Of a stretch of 37,649 bases of DNA, positions 7,948-15,354 are shown in pieces. This DNA is from a virus (lineage: Duplodnaviria; Heunggongvirae; Uroviricota; Caudoviricetes): IMG/VR virus record IMGVR_UViG_2579778631_000021. One strand, written 5' to 3'. Numbering within the stretch: the first letter of the stretch is position 1; every line of letters begins with the position of its first letter. The translations under genes were made by a program, and so were the position numbers. Below the pieces are notes generated by a model. That model ran no database searches. It was not told where the DNA came from and saw only the letters and a list, made by a program, of their open reading frames with translations.

Positions 7948-8916
7948 TTAGTAGGTTATTTTTGTTGCGAATACTTCGCCTTTTACGATGGCTGTTATGA
8001 TATTTTTAGCAACATCTTCTGATGCACCAACCTTGATAAGGTCAGCAAGTATTTTGTTATTCACTTCTTTCCGGTGAGCTTTATCCTTTGCTCTACGCTC
8101 TTCTTCGTCCTTGATTCTTTTTTCTTCTGCTATTCTGGCTTGCTCTTTTGCTTCAGCCTCGCGACGGATTCGTTCAGCCTCCTCCTGTGCTTTTCTGCGT
8201 TCTGCTTCAATTGCTGCCTGCTTTTCTCTTTCAGCTCGTTCTGCTGCCTCTTTTGCTTCGCGCTGTGCTCGTTGCTCGGCTTCAATGCGTTCACGCTCTG
8301 CACGTTCTGCTGCGGCCTTAGCTTCTGCTTCTCGCCTTGCTGCTGCTTCAATTTCGGCTTTTGCCTTTGCTTCGGCTTCTGCTCTGGCTTTCTCTTCAGC
8401 TTCTCTTTTTAAGCGTTCTTCATGCTCTCGCTTTTCCTGCTCCGCTTTGAGTCTTGCCTCTTCTCTTTGGCGGTCAAATTCGCGATCCATCAAAATAGCT
8501 ATTTCATGGTCAGACTCAATTTGCTTTGCGAGAGCTTCAGCTTCTGCCTTAGCTTCTTCTTCGGCTTTAATCCGCGCCTGTTCTTCCTCATAATCAGTAA
8601 GAGGCTGGCGCGCCTTGGCTTTCAGCTCATCAAGGCGATCGCGCACTGTCTTGCGGTTGGCATCAATTAGCTTTGGAATTTCCTTCAGTTCAGCAACAAG
8701 GTCTTTGCCAAGACCATCGAGATATGTTTTCGTCTGCGCAACTTTATACGCCAGAGAAGCGATCTCCTTTCTGCCCTTTGCCGTTGTGATATCAGGCACA
8801 AAGGACATAACTTCACGTTCAACCTTTTGAAGGATTTCTTCAATCTGGTCGGCAGACTGAAATACAGTCATTGCATTTGCTTTTTCAATAACAACTAAAT
8901 CTGTTACTTCACTCAT
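7948..8916 (-). CDS. Phage protein with long E/A/K/R-rich coiled-coil low-complexity region
   Basis: 322-aa ORF, strong GGAGGA SD; residues about 110-290 are EAKR repeats; function unknown. Confidence 0.5.
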   Translation of the reverse strand: MSEVTDLVVIEKANAMTVFQSADQIEEILQKVEREVMSFVPDITTAKGRKEIASLAYKVAQTKTYLDGLGKDLVAELKEIPKLIDANRKTVRDRLDELKAKARQPLTDYEEEQARIKAEEEAKAEAEALAKQIESDHEIAILMDREFDRQREEARLKAEQEKREHEERLKREAEEKARAEAEAKAKAEIEAAARREAEAKAAAERAERERIEAEQRAQREAKEAAERAEREKQAAIEAERRKAQEEAERIRREAEAKEQARIAEEKRIKDEEERRAKDKAHRKEVNNKILADLIKVGASEDVAKNIITAIVKGEVFATKITY

Positions 8917-8928
8917 ATATCCTCCGTC

Positions 8929-8956
8929 AAAAAATTGCCCTCACACTGGAGGGCAA
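8929..8956 (-). terminator. Rho-independent terminator on minus strand (tL1-like) upstream of recombination genes
   Basis: 8-bp stem TTGCCCTC/GAGGGCAA, 6-nt loop, followed on minus strand by 6-7 T; abuts SD of 322-aa gene. Confidence 0.5.
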
Positions 8957-9168
8957 AGAAGATTTCCAATAATCAGAACAAGTCGGCTCCTGTTTAGTTA
9001 CGAGCGACATTGCTCAGTGTATTCACTCGTTGGAATGAATACACAGTGCAGTGTTTATTAGTATGCCTGTCTTTTAACCACATCAGGCTCGGTGGTTCTC
9101 GTGTACCCCTACAGCGAGAAATCGGATAAACTCTATTCACCCCTACAGAGAGCAAAAGAGAAACGCCG

Positions 9169-9750
9169 ATGAACAACTCATGGTGGCAGGAACTAATGCA
9201 TTTTTTCCTGCAAGGAATGACACTTAAACAGTTGATTCATATGCTAATCATCCTAATCATATTGATTATTGTTATGCCTGTAAGCGTAAAAGAATGGATA
9301 AACCTGCATAATCCAGAAATCCTTCCTCATTACTGGATGTATTACATCCTGTTGTTTTGCGTTAGCTATGTGCTTAACGGCGTTGTTAATTCCGCTTATC
9401 ACGCTGTGACTGAAAGAATTGAGATATTCGCTGCTCAGAAGCGCAAATCTAAAGAAGAGAAATACGTGCAAGATTTGTTTGATTCGTTAACTCTTGGAGA
9501 AAGAGCGTATTTGGCATTCGCTGTAGCCGCTAATAACCAGCTAAAGACAGAAAAGGGAAGCCCTGAAGCAATCTCATTGCTCGAAAAAGGGCTTCTTATT
9601 CGGGTACCTTCTGCTACTGGATATCCTGAAATCGACCGTTTTGTTATCCCGGAACGCTATAGAAATGAGTGCTACATTAGGTTTGCTGGGAAGAAAGACA
9701 GTCTTATGGATGAACTTATCGCTCAGGATAAGCATGGCAAAAACAAGTAA
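9169..9750 (+). CDS. SieB-like superinfection exclusion membrane protein
   Basis: 193-aa ORF on opposite strand to pL operon, AT-rich, N-terminal hydrophobic segments; position and size as for lambdoid sieB; recalled similarity only. Confidence 0.45.
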   Translation: MNNSWWQELMHFFLQGMTLKQLIHMLIILIILIIVMPVSVKEWINLHNPEILPHYWMYYILLFCVSYVLNGVVNSAYHAVTERIEIFAAQKRKSKEEKYVQDLFDSLTLGERAYLAFAVAANNQLKTEKGSPEAISLLEKGLLIRVPSATGYPEIDRFVIPERYRNECYIRFAGKKDSLMDELIAQDKHGKNK

Positions 9751-9766
9751 TTAGCAAATTAATTTA

Positions 9767-10039
9767 TCATCTCGCCGTCAGTTGTTTTGATTTCCGGTAG
9801 CCTGCCGCGTAAATGGCTACGTTTGGCAGGCAAATACTTCCACTGCATTCATCTGCCTTCTTGCAGCGAAGGCTTCCGAGTGATGCTGCTTTGTCTGCTC
9901 TGACGCAACCAGAGAGCTTTAGCGCAATTTTTCGCGCCAGTCGCTGTTCTTGCATTGCCTGCTCACGTTGAGCCTGTCTGCGTGCTCTGCGGCGATTTCT
10001 GGCGTTATCGTCAGCCAGATATGTAATGACTACTGCCAT
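9767..10039 (-). CDS. N-like transcription antiterminator
   Basis: First gene downstream of pL and nutL; arginine-rich motif NARNRRRARRQAQREQ near N-terminus; GGAGG SD. Confidence 0.6.
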   Translation of the reverse strand: MAVVITYLADDNARNRRRARRQAQREQAMQEQRLARKIALKLSGCVRADKAASLGSLRCKKADECSGSICLPNVAIYAAGYRKSKQLTAR

Positions 10040-10147
10040 GTTGACCTCCGATGATTGACTTTGGCGGTGACGCGCCGGGTGCTTATCTTCCGGTTGCCGT
10101 CGTGCAGCTGCACTTCACGTCACCCCAAAGCCAACTACTCTTTGGTT

Positions 10148-10187
10148 CCCGCATTTCGGCGGGACAATCCCATCAATGTTAAAGAGC
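10148..10187 (-). promoter_or_regulatory. nutL (boxA GCTCTTTAACA + boxB hairpin CCCGC-CGAAAT-GCGGG on minus strand)
   Basis: boxA close to CGCTCTTTAACA consensus at 10177-10187 (minus); boxB hairpin 10148-10163 identical to the boxB at nutR. Confidence 0.6.
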
Positions 10188-10233
10188 CTGCCAATCTGTT
10201 CCGTTTGGCTACCAGCGTCCTGCTGATGGCTAA

Positions 10234-10277
10234 AGAATACTGTAGGTATTTTATTGTGTAAATACCCGAGGTATTTA
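10234..10277 (-). promoter_or_regulatory. pL promoter with OL operators
   Basis: Minus strand -35 TTTACA (10257-10262), 17-nt spacer, -10 TATTCT (10234-10239); inverted repeats AATACTGTAGGTATT (10236-10250) and AAATACCCGAGGTATTT (10260-10276). Confidence 0.55.
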
Positions 10278-10406
10278 TTTTTGGTGAAATAATGATAAGC
10301 AAATGAATACAAAGGATATTTATTTTTTCGGTGTCTGCTTGTTCAGTGCTTTTTATGCGGGATATGTGAAGTGGATCCCGATAGCTATTGCTGCCGGGAT
10401 TATGGG

Positions 10407-10775
10407 TTAGTCAGCGAAGGTTAAGACGAGAATTACCTTAATGATGTCTGCTACAACAGACACGGCCATAGATAAACCAAAGACGATCCAAGCCATAGAG
10501 ATGTCTTCACTACCATCGTATAGAGTTCCGTAATCACTGGTGTAAGGCGTAAATGTCGCGCCTTGATACAATAGGTATAAGCTTGATCCATAGAGGATAA
10601 ATGCAGATATCCCTTGTATTGCCATGATCACCAGAATCATGAAACGAGCTGATCTATGCGCCCAAGCCTGGCTTATTTTTTCTGATAGAGATTTCGCAAT
10701 AAAAGCATGCGCTAAGCCGTAAATTGTTGAGATTGCCAACATCCCCAAAAAGCTTGCTATAGCGGTTCCAACCAT
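10407..10775 (-). CDS. Small polytopic membrane protein in rexAB position, co-transcribed with cI
   Basis: ATG at 10775 with AAGGGG SD (TTG at 10796 overlaps cI stop); about 122 aa with 3-4 hydrophobic helices; lies between cI and OL. Confidence 0.6.
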   Translation of the reverse strand: MVGTAIASFLGMLAISTIYGLAHAFIAKSLSEKISQAWAHRSARFMILVIMAIQGISAFILYGSSLYLLYQGATFTPYTSDYGTLYDGSEDISMAWIVFGLSMAVSVVADIIKVILVLTFAD

Positions 10776-10792
10776 AATCGCCCCTTGCGTGA

Positions 10793-11509
10793 TCAAACCA
10801 GCCTTAGTTTTGTCTCAATTGCAACGCCTATAATCTTGCAGTTTCCATTGATTGGCACGAGAGGCCATGCAGGATTAAGTCCCTTGAGGTATTTATTTCC
10901 GCCGTCGATTATCAGCTTCTTGAATGTTGCTTCGTTAGAGTCAGAAAGTTTTGCTATGACCAAGCTGCCGTTGATCGCCTCCCTTCCGGTATCGAAAAGA
11001 ACGAATGTTCCCTCTGGAATGCTTAACCCAACCGGTGCCGTCATTGAATCACCTTCCACTTTAAGCCAGAACGCATTACCTTGAATATGCGCGTCAGACT
11101 CAAGCCAAACATCTATGTCTTTAATGGTGTATGGTTCGCATGCTTCACACCACGAGCCAGCCTGGATACTGCTTAACACCGGATACCTCTTTCCTGCTCT
11201 GTATTCCCCTGCATACCTTACGTTGGCATCGCTCTTAAGGCTTTCTGCCTGTTCTGCAACCTTGGCAGCAATTGACTGGCTAAAATCAGCAATTGAGACT
11301 TGCAACAATCGTGCAAAACCAGATGCAACCTCAACGTTTAGCGCGTTTCTGCCATTAAGATAATGCCCTACCGCTCCTTGGGTGATACCCAGTTCATCAG
11401 CGATTGAGTATTGGGTTATTCCCAATTCTTTCTTTTTTGACTCATACAAAGCCTTAAGACGCTTAGCGTCTTCGAGCTGTTCTGTCGTCAGTGATTTTTT
11501 ATTTTCCAT
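10793..11509 (-). CDS. cI: CI repressor (HTH N-terminus, S24 LexA-like autocleavage C-terminus)
   Basis: 238 aa; N-terminus MENKKSLTTEQLEDAKRLKALYESKKKELGITQ resembles lambda cI; C-terminal GDSM and FKKL catalytic Ser/Lys motifs. Confidence 0.9.
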   Translation of the reverse strand: MENKKSLTTEQLEDAKRLKALYESKKKELGITQYSIADELGITQGAVGHYLNGRNALNVEVASGFARLLQVSIADFSQSIAAKVAEQAESLKSDANVRYAGEYRAGKRYPVLSSIQAGSWCEACEPYTIKDIDVWLESDAHIQGNAFWLKVEGDSMTAPVGLSIPEGTFVLFDTGREAINGSLVIAKLSDSNEATFKKLIIDGGNKYLKGLNPAWPLVPINGNCKIIGVAIETKLRLV

Positions 11510-11544
11510 AGCTTAATTCTAATAGCTAAGGTACTTAAACTAAA

Positions 11545-11586
11545 AATACCCTAAGTATTGATTGCTTTGAATACCTGTAGTATTCT
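11545..11586. promoter_or_regulatory. OR operators with pR (and probable pRM on opposite strand)
   Basis: Inverted repeats AATACCCTAAGTATT (11545-11559) and GAATACCTGTAGTATTC (11569-11585); pR -35 TTGATT (11558-11563), -10 TATTCT (11581-11586); minus-strand TAGAAT close to cI ATG suggests near-leaderless pRM. Confidence 0.6.
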
Positions 11587-11615
11587 TTGTTCATGGTTAA
11601 TAACGGAGAGTGCAT

Positions 11616-11810
11616 ATGATTCGAATGACACTTGCCGATTACGCCAAAATCCATGGACAGGCTAAAGCAGCCAGTGACTTTGGTGTAATCCAGTGCGCTA
11701 TCAGCAAGGCCATTCTGGCAGGCCGTAACATCATGGTTACGGTAAAGCCTGATGGCAGTGTGATTGGAGAGGAAGTTCGTCCTTTCCCAAGCAACAAGAA
11801 AAACAAATAG
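11616..11810 (+). CDS. cro: Cro repressor
   Basis: [62 protein letters not shown] strongly resembles lambda Cro; GGAGAG SD. Confidence 0.85.
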   Translation: MIRMTLADYAKIHGQAKAASDFGVIQCAISKAILAGRNIMVTVKPDGSVIGEEVRPFPSNKKNK

Positions 11811-11816
11811 TAACAC

Positions 11817-11859
11817 CGCTCTTTAACAGTCATGGTCATCATTCCCGCCGAAATGCGGG
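11817..11859 (+). promoter_or_regulatory. nutR (boxA CGCTCTTTAACA + boxB CCCGC-CGAAAT-GCGGG), followed by tR1-like hairpin
   Basis: boxA 11817-11828, boxB 11844-11859; downstream hairpin GCGCAT-ACGTTG-ATGCGC then T-rich tract. Confidence 0.6.
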
Positions 11860-11918
11860 AATACAACGCGCATACGTTGATGCGCATAACTTCTTATTTG
11901 TTAAGGAAATACTTACAT

Positions 11919-12197
11919 ATGGAACTTACAAGTACTCGCAAGAAAGCGAATGCAATTACAAGCAACATCCTGAATCGAATTGCTGTACGTGGTCAGCGAA
12001 AGGTTGCTGATGCATTAGGGATCAATGAATCGCAAATTTCGCGATGGAAAGACAGCTTTATCCCAAAGATGGCCATGCTTCTGGCTGTACTGGAGTGGGG
12101 TGTTGAAGACGAGGAGTTGGCGGAACTGGCTAAGAAAGTAGCCAGAATGCTGACAAAAGAAAAAGCCCCGAAGAACGGCGAATTCTTCGAGGCCTGA
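11919..12197 (+). CDS. cII: CII transcriptional activator
   Basis: 92 aa; KSQISRWKDSFIPKMAMLLAVLEWGV motif nearly as in lambda CII. Confidence 0.85.
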   Translation: MELTSTRKKANAITSNILNRIAVRGQRKVADALGINESQISRWKDSFIPKMAMLLAVLEWGVEDEELAELAKKVARMLTKEKAPKNGEFFEA

Positions 12198-12231
12198 TGT
12201 AGAAAGACTGGATCAATCCACAGGAGTAATT

Positions 12232-12876
12232 ATGACATACGAAAATGACAAATTCCAGGTTCTGAAGAGCATGAAGGTGCCAGATGATTTTAAATCAAAT
12301 GGCTTTGTTTATGTGCTTTCGAATGAGTGCATGCCAGGAATTTATAAGATTGGGATGACTAAGCATTCACCAGAAGTTAGGGCTAAAGAAATTTCAGCCT
12401 CTACTGGCGTTCCTAAGCCATTTAAGGTGATAGCAGCCTTTCATTCAAATAATCCCGCATCAGATGAAAAACTCATTCATAAAGCCTTTGCAAAAGAGAG
12501 GCTTAGTGATAATCGAGAGTTTTTCAAGCTTGAAGATAATGATCTTTCTGAATCTCTAAATGAAATAAGGGCGCTGGTTGGCCCTGAAAGAAATGGCGAG
12601 ACGGCAGAATACGCAATTTACGACTCATTCATTTCTTTTCGCCATGAAAATGAGCTTGATCTTAATGAGGAGCTTATAGAGCAAGGTCTGGGTAGTGTAG
12701 TTGGTCATCTTCCTGCGGTGAAAAATTTCCTTATTCGCGCCGGAATTGCTTACGCGAAGCAACTGATAAGCAAATATAACTCATCGATAGTTATTAATAC
12801 AGATGGCAGTGTGGTGATGGTTAAGTCTCTTGAAGCCCAATGCTTTGATGCGGAGGTTGGAAATGAGCCTGGCTGA
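12232..12876 (+). CDS. T5orf172 (MUG113/GIY-YIG-like) domain protein, moron between cII and O
   Basis: N-terminal GFVYVLSNECMPGIYKIGMTKHSPEVRAKEISASTGVPKPFKV matches the T5orf172 signature; CAGGAG SD; AT-rich codon usage. Confidence 0.6.
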   Translation: MTYENDKFQVLKSMKVPDDFKSNGFVYVLSNECMPGIYKIGMTKHSPEVRAKEISASTGVPKPFKVIAAFHSNNPASDEKLIHKAFAKERLSDNREFFKLEDNDLSESLNEIRALVGPERNGETAEYAIYDSFISFRHENELDLNEELIEQGLGSVVGHLPAVKNFLIRAGIAYAKQLISKYNSSIVINTDGSVVMVKSLEAQCFDAEVGNEPG

Positions 12877-13705
12877 AGTATTTTACCTGCCGAAGAGTGA
12901 ACCTGTTGAACAGGAGCGAAGAGTGGCTGATATCGATGATGGTTACACCAGATTCGCTAACGAGCTGCTGGAAGCTATCGCAAGTGCCGATTTAACCGCT
13001 CGCCAGTTGAAAGTTATGCTGGCCTACGTCCGGAAAACATATGGATTCAATAAGAAAACAGATCGAATAGCCGATGAGCAAATTGCTCAGTTAACAGGAC
13101 TGTCAAGGCAGAATGTTAACAAGGCTAAAAAAGAACTGATTTCAATGAATTGCCTGTTTATGGATGGAAATCAAATCGGTGTAAACAGTGAGGTATCTGC
13201 GTGGCAATTCAGCAAGTGTCTCCAAGTTAGCAACTTTGTCTCGAAGTTAGAGACAAAAAATGTCTCCAAATTAGAGACACTCAATGTCTCGAAGTTAGAG
13301 ACACACAAAAGACATTCTTTAAAGACAAAAGAAAATATTAATAACCCCCCTATATCCCCCAAAAAAGTTTCTCAGAAGTTCGACCCGCTAGAAACAGAGT
13401 TGCCTGATTGGTTATCAGCAGAAACATGGTTGTCGTGGGTTACCTATCGCAAGGAGATAGGTAAGTCGATCAAGTCTAAGCAAAGTGTCACTCAGGCTAT
13501 CAACGTTCTAAGCAGAAGTCTGGAGAAGGGATATACACCTGAAGAAATTATAAACCAGAGCATCGCCAGTGGTTGGCAGGGGATTTTTGAGCCCAAGACT
13601 TCAAAGGGGAAATCTCAACCGAGGCCGCAGCATCGAGCTATGCAGGAAAACTTTGCCACCAAAGATTACGGACAAACTGAAATGCCTTCATGGGCGCAGG
13701 AGTGA
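12863..13705 (+). CDS. O: Replication initiator O-like protein (origin-binding)
   Basis: In-gene iteron array encoding repeated VSKLET; position after cII; GGAGG SD. Confidence 0.8.
   Translation: MSLAEVFYLPKSEPVEQERRVADIDDGYTRFANELLEAIASADLTARQLKVMLAYVRKTYGFNKKTDRIADEQIAQLTGLSRQNVNKAKKELISMNCLFMDGNQIGVNSEVSAWQFSKCLQVSNFVSKLETKNVSKLETLNVSKLETHKRHSLKTKENINNPPISPKKVSQKFDPLETELPDWLSAETWLSWVTYRKEIGKSIKSKQSVTQAINVLSRSLEKGYTPEEIINQSIASGWQGIFEPKTSKGKSQPRPQHRAMQENFATKDYGQTEMPSWAQE
13213..13303. repeat. Origin iterons: 4 copies of TGTCTC(G/C)AA(G/A)TTAGAGACA at 24-bp period, followed by AT-rich tract
   Basis: Repeats at 13217, 13237, 13261, 13285; each is itself an inverted repeat (TGTCTC...GAGACA). 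Confidence 0.75.
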
Positions 13706-13707
13706 AC

Positions 13708-14553
13708 ATGACGCTGGATGAAAAGATCTTCCAACTGGAGAAAAAACTTGCAGAATTGAGTTCTCCGCCAATTGCTATCGAGCATACAGCTGTAGAAATT
13801 GGCACTGGCATCTGTGAAAAACATGGTGAGTTTGAGCAGCGTAACCGTTACTCGACTGGGCCAATTAAGTTTGCCTCAAGACCTAGCGAATGCCCGGAAT
13901 GCATGAGAGATGAGCTTATTCGGCTACAGGCAGAGAAGATTAAAATCGACGAGGAATCACGTAAGCGCAATGTCGAGTTTCTGTTGAATAATCTTGATAT
14001 TCCTGAACGATTCAAGGGTTGCACACTACAGAACTACGAGCCAGTCAACGACGATGCAAAGAGAGTGCTCAGGGTGTGTCAGGCATACGCCAGCAAATGG
14101 CCTGAGAGGTTACAGAAAGGCGGTGGGCTGGTTATGTGTGGAAAGCCTGGTACTGGAAAGAATCATCTTGCACTGGCTATCGCCTGGCACGCAATTACGG
14201 AACATCAAAGCTCAGCTATTTTCACAACGGCGCTGAAAATTGCCAGAGAATATAAATCAACATGGTCGAAAAACTCCACCCGCACTGAGGATGAAGTGAT
14301 CCGACAGTTCACTAAACCTGACCTGCTAATTATCGATGAGGTTGGTGTGCAGTTTGGAAGCGAGGCGGAAAAGATGATCATGTTCGAAATCATCAACACC
14401 CGCTACGAGCGTATGAAGCCAACAATCCTGATTAGCAACCAGAGCAAAGATGAACTGTCTGCATTCATTGGTGAGCGTGTTATTGACAGGATGAATGATG
14501 GCGGCGGATGCACCCTTGCGTTTACATGGGATAGTTACAGGAGCAGATCGTGA
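13708..14553 (+). CDS. DnaC-like helicase loader (IstB/AAA+ ATPase)
   Basis: Walker A GKPGTGKNHLA, Walker B LLIIDEVG; start overlaps O stop. Confidence 0.8.
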   Translation: MTLDEKIFQLEKKLAELSSPPIAIEHTAVEIGTGICEKHGEFEQRNRYSTGPIKFASRPSECPECMRDELIRLQAEKIKIDEESRKRNVEFLLNNLDIPERFKGCTLQNYEPVNDDAKRVLRVCQAYASKWPERLQKGGGLVMCGKPGTGKNHLALAIAWHAITEHQSSAIFTTALKIAREYKSTWSKNSTRTEDEVIRQFTKPDLLIIDEVGVQFGSEAEKMIMFEIINTRYERMKPTILISNQSKDELSAFIGERVIDRMNDGGGCTLAFTWDSYRSRS

Positions 14554-14840
14554 CTGGAAAAGAAATCATCCTGGAATATCTGAAAACTCATGAACAATTC
14601 TCCCCACATGAATTAGCACTGATCACCGGAATACCAAATAACAGAATCGCTCAAGCAGCAAGGCATATGGTGAAACAAGGACATTTGAGTGTTGTTGAGC
14701 GTAAGTGGAAGACGGTTATTTATGCAAAACGCAAAGTGAAGAAGGAGCCAATTAAAAGAAATCCAGATGGTACGGGGTGGGGATGTGCAAATCCAATGAC
14801 GGCGTTTATTAATAGGGCGCTTATGGAGGTAAGGCAATGA
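14550..14840 (+). CDS. Hypothetical protein, possible winged-helix
   Basis: GTG start with AGGAG SD overlapping DnaC-like stop; 96 aa. Confidence 0.4.
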   Translation: MTGKEIILEYLKTHEQFSPHELALITGIPNNRIAQAARHMVKQGHLSVVERKWKTVIYAKRKVKKEPIKRNPDGTGWGCANPMTAFINRALMEVRQ

Positions 14841-14865
14841 CCATCTACATCACTGAGCTAATAAC

Positions 14866-14897
14866 AGGCCTGCTGGTAATCGCAGGCCTTTTTATTT
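14866..14897 (+). terminator. tR2-like rho-independent terminator upstream of ninB
   Basis: 8-bp stem AGGCCTGC/GCAGGCCT, 8-nt loop, followed by TTTTTATTT. Confidence 0.6.
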
Positions 14898-14913
14898 GGG
14901 GGAGAGGGAAGTC

Positions 14914-15354
14914 ATGAAAAAACTAACCTTTGAAATTCGATCTCCAGCACATCAGCAAAACGCTATTCACGCAGTACAGCAAATTCTTCCAGACCCAACC
15001 AAACCAATCGTAGTAACCATTCAGGAACGCAACCGCAGCTTAGACCAAAACCGAAAGCTTTGGGCTTGCCTTGGTGACGTCTCTCGTCAGGTTGAATGGC
15101 ATGGTCGCTGGCTGGATGCAGAAAGTTGGAAGTGTGTGTTTACCGCAGCATTAAAGCAGCAGGACGTTGTTCCTAACCTTGCCGGGAATGGCTTTGTGGT
15201 AATAGGCCAGTCAACCAGCAGGATGCGTGTAAGCGAATTTGCGGAGCTATTAGAGCTTATACAGGCATTCGGTACAGAGCGTGGCGTTAAGTGGTCAGAC
15301 GAAGCGCGACTGGCTCTCGAATGGAAAGCGCGATGGGGAGATCGGGCAGCATGA
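14914..15354 (+). CDS. ninB: NinB recombination protein
   Basis: MKKLTFEIRSPAHQQNAIHAVQQILPDPTKPIVVTIQERNRSLDQNRKLWACLGDV recalled as near-identical to lambda NinB. Confidence 0.85.
   Translation: MKKLTFEIRSPAHQQNAIHAVQQILPDPTKPIVVTIQERNRSLDQNRKLWACLGDVSRQVEWHGRWLDAESWKCVFTAALKQQDVVPNLAGNGFVVIGQSTSRMRVSEFAELLELIQAFGTERGVKWSDEARLALEWKARWGDRAA

Noticed and set aside
8074-8830. Several plus-strand ORFs (112, 160, 82, 71 aa) rich in S/A/C/F opposite the EAKR-repeat gene
   Set aside because: They are antisense reading frames created by the GC-skewed repetitive codons of the 322-aa gene on the minus strand; they lack SDs and have implausible composition
8994-9176. 60-aa minus-strand ORF in the sieB upstream region
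   Set aside because: No SD, lies within an intergenic regulatory region containing the palindrome and direct repeats; likely non-coding
10793-11509. Possibility that the repressor is lambda cI itself (same immunity)
   Set aside because: The N-terminus is similar but not identical to lambda cI as recalled, and the operators (AATACC..GGTATT) differ from lambda operator sequences; treated as heteroimmune
13213-13303. Regularly spaced short repeats that could suggest a CRISPR array
   Set aside because: Only four 19-bp palindromic repeats at 24-bp period with no unique spacers, lying inside the O gene; this is the iteron origin, not CRISPR
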